Origin: Candidatus Binatia bacterium
GTDB taxonomy: Bacteria; Desulfobacterota; Binatia; Bin18
Direction: 5' to 3'
NCBI GenBank assembly: GCA_963666315.2
Contig: CAXXHG010000046.1
Location: 12,131-76,130, forward strand
DNA: 64,000 nt
Both the position numbers and the translations under genes were made by a program. Under the pieces are notes generated by a model. It was given only the letters and a program-made list of their open reading frames with translations, was not told where the DNA came from and ran no database searches. The first letter of the stretch is position 1. Every line of letters begins with the position of its first letter. Positions 45,128 to 54,231 of this stretch are shown here, in pieces.

Positions 45128-46384
45128 TTAGACCTTCACATCCAGGAGACTCACGCTATGTGGCACTCCACAAGCTGCTGTTAATGCCTCAAATGGCTGC
45201 CTTTTGCCTGGCGAGAGCAGGGCATAGGGCTTTGCTGAGAGCTGCAAGTGGGTATAATCCAGCGCGTGTAAGATTTCCTCAAAAACTGGGAATTCTTCAC
45301 GGAGAAAGGCCTCTGCACCCGTCTCCTCAACCTAGAAAGTCGCCTTGAGGGACTGTTCAGTCAGCTGGGCATCGACCCGTGTCAGGCCTAAGCCCCCAAG
45401 GTCGAGCAGAAATAGCAGGTGGTAGTGTGACTGTTCTCCACGGTCTTCCTGCTCCACGGTCTCTCGTACGCTTTCCCGATCATGTCCAATCGAGACATAC
45501 GCCGCCGTCAGGACATGCCCGTCCAGAATCGGCAACTGGAGTTGTATAGGTTCGCCACGTGCTTGCGCCAAAAGATTCGTCGCTTGTTGCCGCTCGATCT
45601 GGCTCAAATGTGCGGTCAGAGGAGAGAGGTCCTCCGACCTTTTCGATACTGCCAGCAGATCATCAAGAACCTGGAGGAGCAACCCTTTCACATCGGCTTC
45701 CGCAACTGTTTTCAGCGCTTGCGGAGAGAGCCGGTTCAGGCCGAGCAGCTTTGCCTCATATTGCAAGCCAGTAGCGCGAACCAATGCTGCAATATGTTCT
45801 GCATTCAGTCGCGTTCCCTCTGGCACGAGCGCGGTAAGCAAAGCCCGGAGCTGAGTCACACTTGCTGGGACTTCGTATCCCGGCGCATCCGTGATGCGTA
45901 CCAGCGCTTCCAAAAGGGCGGCGAGTGAACTATCAGCGTCGGTCTGGTGCGGTAAGGACATCCGGAGTAAGTTGAGTGTTTGCCCCTCATCGCCCTGCAC
46001 ATGGTTCAGCATGCGTAAGACTACCTGCGGCTGGAGTTGTTCGACACGAACGAACAGTGAGTCGCCGACGTTGAGCCCGCCCGAAGCGGTTGTCGCTAAT
46101 AGCGTGCCACGGACATTCACCAAGTAACGACCGCTCGCCAAGCGATCAGCAACCGACACGTGGAGTTCTTCGCCAACTGCGAGATGGGGTTGGGACTGCC
46201 CGGGTCTTTGAACTCCCGCATGCTTACTGCCTACAGCCCTACGGGCACGCGAGGGATCTAACCTTCCACCTTCGACCTTCACATTCCTTAGTATACCGGA
46301 TATGCAAGATGTATGGGGAGTCGTCGCGATCACCTCGTACTTCCCCGGCTGCAGTCGTGTAGACAATAAAGGAGTCTCTGACAT
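45128..46384 (-). pseudogene. FliK-like hook-length-control-domain protein with in-frame TAG
   Basis: The C-terminal Flg_hook-like region reads IQLQLPILDGHVLTAAYVSIGHD...YHLLFLLDLGGLGLTRVDAQLTEQSLKATF, then TAG (45332-45334), then VEETGAEAFLREEFPVFEEILHALDY...LLDVKV. This is 67 further in-frame codons ending at TAA 45128-45130, just before the flhB-like ATG. Confidence 0.6.
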
Positions 46385-47513
46385 GAAATTTCATCTTTTC
46401 ATTTATGCTACCTTGGGCCGCCGACATGAACTTGAAGCCGGGATGGCAGGAAAACGACCCGAGCTCTATCAGCGCATGCTCGACGAGGTGGCTGAATATG
46501 TCCAGTTTGCGGATGAGGTAGGCTATGCCGGCTTTGGCCATCCCGAACACCATCTGCAAATTGAAGGATTTGAAGCCAGCAATGAACCCGGTCTGCTGTC
46601 CATGTGGATCGGCCAGCATAGCAAAAAGCTACGAGTGAATATGGTCGGCTGGGTGGCACCGACACATAATCCGGTCCGTACGGCAGAGTATATTGCCACG
46701 CTGGATCACATGCTCAAAGGACGCCTGGCAGTGGGCATAGTCCGGGGCTATCAGACACGCTGGGTACATAATTTTCGTATTCGGCCTGACCTGAATGCCG
46801 TTGGTGAATGGAACCGCAATTCGGCAGAGGACGACGCGAACCGCGAATACTTCCGCGAGTTCGTTGAAATCGTGCTCAAAGCCTGGAAAGAAGACACCTT
46901 TAGTTACAAAGGGAAATACTGGACTATTCCGCCGGATGATTTTGTCAATCCGCACCAGCAGCCGGTGTACACCGAGTATGGGGCAGGTGTGGATGACACT
47001 ATGCGCATTCGTGAAATCGGCATTGCGCCGAAGCCGTATCAAGACCCGCATCCGCCCCTCTATGGCGGGTTTACGCACAGTATGCGTACGGCACTCTTCT
47101 GGGCACGCCATGGCGGCAAACCCATCGTGCTGTCCTCAGACCTCGACTTTTGCCAGCGACTGTGGGCCGGCTATCACGACGAAGCCTTGAAACATGGCCA
47201 CGATGTTCAGCCGGGAGACGAAGCCGCCTGGGGCGGCGCAATGATCTGCCATCCCAATAAGACGACGGCCCAAGAGTGGCTGACTGATCCGATGTGGATG
47301 TGGGATAAGTGGTTCAGCCCGTTTGGACAAGGCCACCCAGAGCTGCTGGTCGGCGATCCGGATTCCATTTCTCGGCGAATCGAAGAAGCCAGCAAAAAGT
47401 TTCCCATCAAAGAATGTTTTCTCCTCATCCCGCAAGGCATTCATGAACGTGAGCAGATCATGAGTTCGCTCGATCTGTTTGCCAACAAGGTCATGCCGCG
47501 CTTTGCAGACTGA
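46383..47513 (+). CDS. LLM-class flavin-dependent oxidoreductase
   Basis: MKFHLFIYATLGRR...YAGFGHPEHHLQIEGFE...LAVGIVRGYQTRW. The likely start is ATG 46383, not the track start at 46302. Confidence 0.85.
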   Translation: MKFHLFIYATLGRRHELEAGMAGKRPELYQRMLDEVAEYVQFADEVGYAGFGHPEHHLQIEGFEASNEPGLLSMWIGQHSKKLRVNMVGWVAPTHNPVRTAEYIATLDHMLKGRLAVGIVRGYQTRWVHNFRIRPDLNAVGEWNRNSAEDDANREYFREFVEIVLKAWKEDTFSYKGKYWTIPPDDFVNPHQQPVYTEYGAGVDDTMRIREIGIAPKPYQDPHPPLYGGFTHSMRTALFWARHGGKPIVLSSDLDFCQRLWAGYHDEALKHGHDVQPGDEAAWGGAMICHPNKTTAQEWLTDPMWMWDKWFSPFGQGHPELLVGDPDSISRRIEEASKKFPIKECFLLIPQGIHEREQIMSSLDLFANKVMPRFAD

Positions 47514-47530
47514 CCACGTGGCCAGATGAT

Positions 47531-49660
47531 GTGGACAGGCCGTTGAGAACCCATGCCCCATCAACCAGGCGTTCCCCCTCAGGGAAGGGGTCAGCTACGG
47601 CTGGGATACGCGTCGGCATCGACATAGGCGGGACATTCACCGATGTCCTTGCCTATGATGAAGAAGGCCTGGTCTTCCGCAAGAAGCTCCCTTCTGCCCC
47701 AGATTCGTCTGCCAGTTTTCAAGCCGCGTTTGCCGCCCTGTGGAGCCAGCATCTTCACCCTGCCCAACTCTGCTACAGCACAACGGTGGCCACAAACGCA
47801 CTGCTCGAACAGCAGCTACCGCCTATCGGGCTGCTCGTCACAGAAGGTTTTCGCCATATCTTGGAGCTTACCCAGCCGCAAACCGATGAAGAAAACACAC
47901 CGATGTCGCAGAGAGAGACCCTTCGCCCACTCGTTCCCCTAGAGCGCATCCGAGAAGTGCGTGAGCGCATGGATGCAAAGGGCAGAGTGCAACGTCCGCT
48001 CGATGAGGACGCCGTGCGCACTGTTGCGGCGTGGTGCCGCGTGCAAGGCCTGACAACCATAGCTGTCTCACTGCTGCACAGCTATCGCAACCCTGCGCAT
48101 GAGAGACGCCTGAGGCATATTTTTGGAGGAGAAGATCCGCACCTGCGCGTCGTCCTGTCCTCCGATGTCTTCCCCGAATTTCACGAATACGAACGCACGG
48201 TGGCCACGTGTCTCAACGCGAGCTTACTCTCGCTCATGGGAAATCACCTCGATCAGGTGACGCAACAGCTTGAGCAGCACGGGGTTGCTCTTCCTCTTCT
48301 TGTCATGCAGTCGAGCGGTGGACTGCGCAGCACGAAAGTCATACGCCAACGCCCGCTGGCAACCCTCTTCTCCGGACCCAGCGCTGCAGCAGTTGGCATG
48401 GCTCGACTCGGAGTCCACGCCGGCGTTCCTGACCTGATTACGCTCGACATGGGAGGCACCTCAGCTGATATTGCGCTCATCCAGGACGGCTGCCCTCTCC
48501 TGACGACCCGCGGTCAGGTCGGTGGCTATCCAATTCGGACGCTGACGATTGATATCATCTCTATTGGCGCCGGCGGGGGGTCGATTGCCACAGTTGGGGC
48601 GGACCAACGCTGGCATATTGGGCCACGCAGTGCGGGCTCCAGGCCGGGTCCGGTCTGTTATGGGCGAGGCGGAACAGAGGTGACCGTAACGGATGCCAAC
48701 CTCTTGCTCGGTCGGCTGCCGCCTACCCTGCTGAACGGAGAGATATCGCTGTATGCGCAACAGGCTGAGGAGGCGCTGGCCAGTTTTGGACAGTCACGGA
48801 GCAAAGGGTCCGCTGAAACAGCCGCTGATCTTATTCAATTGGTCAATCACAATATGTGTGGAGTCATTCGGCGCGGATGCACCCAGCGCGGTCTCGATCC
48901 GCGGGATTCGGTCTTGATGGCCGTCGGGGGAGCCGGCCCACTCCACGCGGTCGATCTTGCTGACCTTTTAGGCATTGCCACTATTATCGTTCCCCGAGAT
49001 CCGGGATTTGCTGCAGCTGCGGGTTTATTTGTGGCTGATATCAGAGAAGATCTTGCTCAGGCCTGTCCCCAAAAAGAATCCGCGCTCGATCCGGCGCAAC
49101 TGACACACATTATGACTGAACTTGAACAGCAGGCACAGATCGTCTTCGCTGAAGAGAACATTCCTGCAACCTCCCGACAGCTCATCCGTTCCGTGGACTG
49201 CCATTACCTCGATATGTCGGCCCAACTGACCATGGACCTGCCTGAGGGAACTCTCACCTCAGAGATCTTGCAGCAGGCGATTGCACAGTTTCATAACAAA
49301 CACGAACAGCTGTACGGTTTTGCGTTTCGCCAGCGTCGGGAGGTCGTGTTAACGACCCTCCGTATGGGCGTGATAGGTATTCGGCCTAAGTTTGCTCTTC
49401 CCGCTCATATCCCCCCTGGGCCAGACGTTATCCTGCCTAAAGCGGAGCGGGCGGTTTTCTTTTTTGCTCCGAACCATTTTGTCGATTGTCCAGTCTACGA
49501 CCGGACAGTGTTCGGAGCGGGCGCCCGCCTCAATGGCCCGGCCATTATCGAGCAGTATGACACCACAACGCTCATTCCGCCGCATTTTCAGGCACACGTC
49601 GATATGTTTGGCAATCTCATTTTGAAGCGAGCGGTCCCAGGCTATAATACCGCGGCATGA
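47531..49660 (+). CDS. Hydantoinase/oxoprolinase A-type subunit (HyuA family), no adjacent B subunit
   Basis: IRVGIDIGGTFTDV, SLLHSYRNPAHE, LITLDMGGTSADIAL and IGAGGGSIA are present; 709 aa. Confidence 0.9.
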   Translation: MDRPLRTHAPSTRRSPSGKGSATAGIRVGIDIGGTFTDVLAYDEEGLVFRKKLPSAPDSSASFQAAFAALWSQHLHPAQLCYSTTVATNALLEQQLPPIGLLVTEGFRHILELTQPQTDEENTPMSQRETLRPLVPLERIREVRERMDAKGRVQRPLDEDAVRTVAAWCRVQGLTTIAVSLLHSYRNPAHERRLRHIFGGEDPHLRVVLSSDVFPEFHEYERTVATCLNASLLSLMGNHLDQVTQQLEQHGVALPLLVMQSSGGLRSTKVIRQRPLATLFSGPSAAAVGMARLGVHAGVPDLITLDMGGTSADIALIQDGCPLLTTRGQVGGYPIRTLTIDIISIGAGGGSIATVGADQRWHIGPRSAGSRPGPVCYGRGGTEVTVTDANLLLGRLPPTLLNGEISLYAQQAEEALASFGQSRSKGSAETAADLIQLVNHNMCGVIRRGCTQRGLDPRDSVLMAVGGAGPLHAVDLADLLGIATIIVPRDPGFAAAAGLFVADIREDLAQACPQKESALDPAQLTHIMTELEQQAQIVFAEENIPATSRQLIRSVDCHYLDMSAQLTMDLPEGTLTSEILQQAIAQFHNKHEQLYGFAFRQRREVVLTTLRMGVIGIRPKFALPAHIPPGPDVILPKAERAVFFFAPNHFVDCPVYDRTVFGAGARLNGPAIIEQYDTTTLIPPHFQAHVDMFGNLILKRAVPGYNTAA

Positions 49661-51015
49661 TTACTGAACAGCCTCCTCGTTGGGCTTTCTTGTCCTCCCC
49701 CCGGTGGCAGCTGGGCTGGCAGATTAGCCTTAATCTCGTTCTTCTTCTATCAGCGTTCGCGCTCTGGAAATGGGTCACCTGGCGCGCAGTGTATTTCATG
49801 GCCCTGGTTCCGATCGCCATTGTCCCCTTCTCTTATGCTCGGCTTCGCCTCCACTCTCAATGCGTTCAACTTTTTGGTTCCCATGCAGCACTTCTTGCTC
49901 TATTTGCCATTTTCGGCATGTTCTGTGACGCGACCATGATCGCCCAGATCCTCACTGCGCGTTCCGGTAGCCCCTTGCCCTTTCTCCATAGCCCAGGGAT
50001 CGCCTGGATCGGCACAATCTGGTTTAGCACCTACGGCCTGCTCTTATTGGGGTATGCCGCGGTAGGAATCCTGTGCGTTGGTCAACGCGGGGTACAGTGG
50101 CTTTTTCAGCGGTATCGGCAGCGCCAACCGGATGCTCTGTCTTCTCTTGAACGGCGACAGTTTCTGCAACAGCTTGGTCTCGTAGGCGCTGGAGCACCGT
50201 TTTTCTTTTCGCTTTCCAGTGTGAAACTGACGTATGATTTCCGAGTCGAAGAGCGAGAGATCAGTCTGTCCTCTTGGCCGCAGGCGTATGACGGTCTGCG
50301 TATTGCTCACTTGTCAGACATTCATGTTGGCGGAGGCATGGATCGCCCCAAGCTCCTGGACGTAGCGGCACTGACGAATGCCGCTAAGCCTGACATCGTT
50401 CTCCATACAGGGGATTTTCTTACTCACCGGACCGGGGATTTTGATGCACCCCTGTATGAAGCCCTGGCGCAGATTCGTGCGCCCTACGGCCAGTGGGCAT
50501 GTTTAGGCAATCACGATTTTGATACGCCCAGACGCTTAGTACATCGTTTACGTCAGGCTGGAGTGATCACGCTGCGCAATCGCATTATTACTCTGCCTCT
50601 AGATGGATATCCGATTGAGTTGGCCGGCATCGACTTTCTTTTTCAGCGCCTTGACCAGGCAGCTTTATACCAGCGCATCGTCACGTCCTGGGGACCGCGA
50701 GAGTCCGCGCCGCGCCTCCCTCGCATATTGCTCAACCACGATCCACGTGCCTTCACCGCCCTGCCGGCCGGCTGTGCGGATCTCGTGTTGTCCGGCCACA
50801 CGCATGGCGGTCATGTCGGTATTCAGCTTGGGAAAGGCCGCGCACTTAGCATTGTCGGGCTGCTTGGTATTCCCGATCAAGGCATTTTTCACCGAAAGGA
50901 TATGCAGATGTTTGTCACCCGCTGTGTGGGTTTCTACGGCTACCCCATGCGGCTGGGTATTCCACCCGAGATTGCTATTTTGACGCTGCGGTCACGAGGT
51001 TCTGTCTCCTTGTAG
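49657..51015 (+). CDS. Membrane-anchored metallophosphoesterase
   Basis: ATGA overlap with the preceding stop. About 6 N-terminal TM spans, then HLSDIHVG, HTGDFL, GNHDF, NHDP and SGHTHGG. Confidence 0.8.
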   Translation: MITEQPPRWAFLSSPRWQLGWQISLNLVLLLSAFALWKWVTWRAVYFMALVPIAIVPFSYARLRLHSQCVQLFGSHAALLALFAIFGMFCDATMIAQILTARSGSPLPFLHSPGIAWIGTIWFSTYGLLLLGYAAVGILCVGQRGVQWLFQRYRQRQPDALSSLERRQFLQQLGLVGAGAPFFFSLSSVKLTYDFRVEEREISLSSWPQAYDGLRIAHLSDIHVGGGMDRPKLLDVAALTNAAKPDIVLHTGDFLTHRTGDFDAPLYEALAQIRAPYGQWACLGNHDFDTPRRLVHRLRQAGVITLRNRIITLPLDGYPIELAGIDFLFQRLDQAALYQRIVTSWGPRESAPRLPRILLNHDPRAFTALPAGCADLVLSGHTHGGHVGIQLGKGRALSIVGLLGIPDQGIFHRKDMQMFVTRCVGFYGYPMRLGIPPEIAILTLRSRGSVSL

Positions 51016-51086
51016 GTCAATTTTCTATCAACACATATTGATTCGCCACGCCGGGCTTGTAGCTTGGGTCCACGAAAGAACTCGAC

Positions 51087-51318
51087 GTGACAGAGTTTCA
51101 GACCAATTGTTTAGCCATCCTAGATGAGGTCAATAGGACCGGCCAGACCGTCATCATCCGCAAAAGAGGCAAAGCCGTTGCGCAGTTGGTTCCGCTAGCC
51201 TCCCAAATAGACCAGTATCCGCAGCAGTCGCTTATCGGCACTGCTACCATTACAAGGTGACATTATTTCGCCTGTTCTCGACCCCGACGAATGGGAAACT
51301 GATGAACCTCAGAAGTGA
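51087..51318 (+). pseudogene. Phd/YefM-type antitoxin gene, frameshifted near the 3' end and without a cognate toxin
   Basis: TEFQTNCLAILDEVNRTGQTVIIRKRGKAVAQLVPL...SLIGTATIT, then agg-tga (51258-51260). Removing one A at ~51254 restores the usual ending GDIISPVLDPDEWETDEPQK. It is below the ORF-track length cut-off. Confidence 0.55.
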
Positions 51319-51688
51319 ATGCGCACATTCAGATTAATCTCATCGTACGGAAGAGTGGGGGCTTGAGCTGCACCACGACGCTTCCCTTTTAGCTCGACCA
51401 AGCCCAAACGAGAGAGAAAAGCAAGATCTTGGCTGACATTTTGATATCGCGTTCTACCTGCCCAGCCAGCTCCCGCACAGACCGAGGCGTATGCTCAGCA
51501 ATAGCCCACAAAAGGTCGAGTCGTTTCGGGGACAACGCTTTACGGAACGCCTCTAAGGTGGAGAAGTATAACTCCTCTTCCCGTTCGGGCAGTTTTTCTC
51601 CTGCATCAATCCGTCTTGCTATTGCTTTCGCCTCTTTCAGCGAATCCTCGGGGCGTTGCACGCCAATCTTAATACGTCGAACTTTCAT
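51309..51688 (-). pseudogene. HTH antitoxin gene (TumA/COG4190-like), frameshifted in a 4-nt homopolymer
   Basis: IKIGVQRPEDSL...LYFSTLEAFRKALSPKRLDLLWAIAEHTPRSVRELAGQVERDIK then shifts. The +1 frame gives the expected NVSQDLAFLSRLGLVELKGK...PYDEINLNVRIHF, ending at 51309. The shift is at the T-run 51439-51442. Its ATG overlaps the upstream toxin stop (ATGA). Confidence 0.6.
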
Positions 51689-51981
51689 CGCTTACCTTCC
51701 AGAATACGTTGAACATCGTTGGCGAAATCGTCGAGTAATTCTTCAAGTCCTCGAAAGACGTATTGCGCTTCTTGTCCGCGAATATGTCGATGATGTCCTT
51801 TCCCTGGATGAATATCGTACCCAATAATTTTCGATCCGTTTTCGGGATCGACCTAGTAAAAAGAATACTTGATGCCTTCTGTGTATGTTCGACTGACTGG
51901 CACTTCATATATCCGAATCTCTCTGAGTAGCCCGCCAGGCAAATAGTCCTTGAGATGCAATAGCTGGCGAGCCTTTGGCAT
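51685..51981 (-). pseudogene. TumE-like toxin gene with premature TAG
   Basis: MPKARQLLHLKDYLPGGLLREIRIYEVPVSRTYTEGIKYSFY, then TAG (51853-51855), then VDPENGSKIIGYDIHPGKGHHRHIRGQEAQYVFRGLEELLDDFANDVQRIL. The GYD..HP.KGHHRH..G.E..Y.F signature is what I recall for the TumE (DUF6516) family. Confidence 0.6.
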
Positions 51982-52130
51982 ACTGATGGCATCTTGTACC
52001 ATCACACAATTTCATTCAATAAAATTCACTCCAGAAACCCTACTTGCTTGTCGCAGACCCCCAACCTCCCAGCTCCTTTCCGTAGACAGGGCAAGCCGAG
52101 CACCATACACTGCGCCTGAGGAGGGGGAAC

Positions 52131-54197
52131 ATGATCTGGCGGCTCGCTGTTGATATTGGCGGAACGTTTACTGACATTGTTGCTCTGGAAGAAACCAGTG
52201 GTGCGCTGCACTTAGCCAAAGTCCACAGCACCCAGGATGATCCGGCAAGCCGCTTCCTGACCGGAATCGAACAGATCATGCAACAGGCCTCCATTGCGGC
52301 CCCAGATATCGGAGCGGTGTTTCATGGGACCACAGTTGCAACCAACGCAATCTTAGAGCGCAAATACTCGGAGCTGGGCCTCATCATCACCCAGGGCTAT
52401 CGAGCAGCCTTGGAATGTGCCCGGCAAACCGTGCCTGGGGAATTTGGGGACATCACCTGGTGGATTAAACCCCCACGCGTTGTTCCGCTTGAACGCATCC
52501 ATGAGATCAGCGCCCGAATGGATGTCCAAGGGCATACTGTCCGGCCCGTGGACAACGACCAGGTTGCCGCCATTGCCCAAAGATTTAAGACAGAGGGCAT
52601 TCAGGCTGTAGCGGTCTCGTTGCTGCATTCCTATCGCAACCCTGAGCATGAGGAGGAAGTCCGTCGGATTATCCAGGATGTCTATCCCGAGTGCTTTATT
52701 TCCATCTCGTCGGATATTTTACGCGAATACCGTGAGTACGAACGCACCAATACGACGTGCTTAAACACGGCCCTTATGCCCCTCCTGTCCGCGTATCACA
52801 GCCGCATCGAACAACACTTACGCAAACGGAAAATCAGCGCTCCATTTTACATCATGCGCTCCAATGGCGGACTGGCCCAGGCTCAAGAAATCTCTCGCTT
52901 GCCTATTGCTGCGGCCCTCTCTGGCCCGGCGGCTGGTGTCATTGCCGCCGCTCATTTTGGAGCGCAGAGCGGGGATCAGGACATAATTACTTTTGACATG
53001 GGTGGCACCTCGGCTGACATCTGCCTTGTCGAAAATGGCAAGCCCCGCATGCTGACCGAGGGGAAAATCGATATCTATGACATCAAAACCCCAATGATCG
53101 ATCTGCACACTGTTGGTGCCGGCGGAGGGTCGATTGCCTGGCTGGCAGGCGGACGTAGCCTGAAAGTTGGGCCTCATAGTGCTGGCGCGAATCCGGGGCC
53201 AGCGTGTTATGATCGTGGCGGCACCCAGCCCACGGTCACCGATGCCAATCTCGTTCTCGGTCGGATTACGCTGTCCATTGCCGGTGGAACGATTTCTCTG
53301 CATCCTACGAAAGCATCTCAAGTCATTGAAGATCTAGCGGCAGGTCTCAAACTCGATATTACAGCAGCAGCTGAGGGTATTCTGCGTATTGCCATTGAAA
53401 ATATCGCGGCGGGCATTCGGACGGTCTCGGTCAAGCGCGGGCGCGATCCTCGGAGCTACGCCTTGGTAGCATTCGGCGGAGCAGGACCGCTTCACGCCTG
53501 CTACCTCGCTGACTGGCTGGGGATGCAACGGGTCATTATTCCACCTAATCCGGGCGTTACTTCAGCCTACGGCCTCCTGCTCACGGACGTGCGGGTTGAT
53601 CTTGTTCATACCGATGTCCAACGTGAAGACCGCATGGATGTGAGCCGTATTGAGCAAGAGATGCAAGACCTTGAGCGTCGTGTCACAGCACGGCTGGGAG
53701 AAGAGGGCTTACACACACAGGGCATGCAACTGCTCCATTTTGTTGATATGCGCTACGCGAGCCAAGCGTATGAAATTCGTATTCCGCTGCCGCAAGGAAT
53801 CGCACCAGAGCCTATGCAGACGCGCATCCAGCAGGCTATCACCACATTTCACGACAGCCATAAAGATCTCTACGGCTATTCCTATGCGGGGAAAGAGCTG
53901 GTCGAACTGGTCAACGTCGGCGTGACAGGTTTAGGACTCCTTAAACGCCAGCAGGTGCCCGAAGCCCAAGCGGCAGGCAAGAGTCCGGAGCAGGCACAGA
54001 CGGGTCAGACGCAAGTATATTTCTCCCATAATAAGAGTCGTGTCGACTGTCGGGTGTATGATCGCACGGCTTTGCTAACAGGTAACGAAATAGATGGCCC
54101 CGCCATTATCCAGCAGTACGATGCAACGACGGTTGTAGAACCGGGTTGGAGGGGGAGAGTCGATCAGTGGGGAACTTTGCTGCTCAACAAAAAGTAA
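52131..54197 (+). CDS. Hydantoinase/oxoprolinase A-type subunit (HyuA / acetone-carboxylase-beta-like)
   Basis: LAVDIGGTFTDIV, SLLHSYRNPEHE, IITFDMGGTSADICL and VGAGGGSIA are present; 688 aa. Confidence 0.93.
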   Translation: MIWRLAVDIGGTFTDIVALEETSGALHLAKVHSTQDDPASRFLTGIEQIMQQASIAAPDIGAVFHGTTVATNAILERKYSELGLIITQGYRAALECARQTVPGEFGDITWWIKPPRVVPLERIHEISARMDVQGHTVRPVDNDQVAAIAQRFKTEGIQAVAVSLLHSYRNPEHEEEVRRIIQDVYPECFISISSDILREYREYERTNTTCLNTALMPLLSAYHSRIEQHLRKRKISAPFYIMRSNGGLAQAQEISRLPIAAALSGPAAGVIAAAHFGAQSGDQDIITFDMGGTSADICLVENGKPRMLTEGKIDIYDIKTPMIDLHTVGAGGGSIAWLAGGRSLKVGPHSAGANPGPACYDRGGTQPTVTDANLVLGRITLSIAGGTISLHPTKASQVIEDLAAGLKLDITAAAEGILRIAIENIAAGIRTVSVKRGRDPRSYALVAFGGAGPLHACYLADWLGMQRVIIPPNPGVTSAYGLLLTDVRVDLVHTDVQREDRMDVSRIEQEMQDLERRVTARLGEEGLHTQGMQLLHFVDMRYASQAYEIRIPLPQGIAPEPMQTRIQQAITTFHDSHKDLYGYSYAGKELVELVNVGVTGLGLLKRQQVPEAQAAGKSPEQAQTGQTQVYFSHNKSRVDCRVYDRTALLTGNEIDGPAIIQQYDATTVVEPGWRGRVDQWGTLLLNKK

Positions 54198-54231
54198 TCT
54201 TGCAGCAGTCTTCACCATAGGCGGAGGCAGT

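Noticed and set aside
3332-51855. Whether the many in-frame TAA/TAG codons reflect stop-codon reassignment or programmed read-through.
   Set aside because: Conserved genes terminate normally with all three stops (hisB TAG; hisD, prfA, prmC TAA; murA TGA). An intact RF1 gene is present. The affected genes usually carry additional frameshifts or truncations, so pseudogenisation is the simpler explanation.
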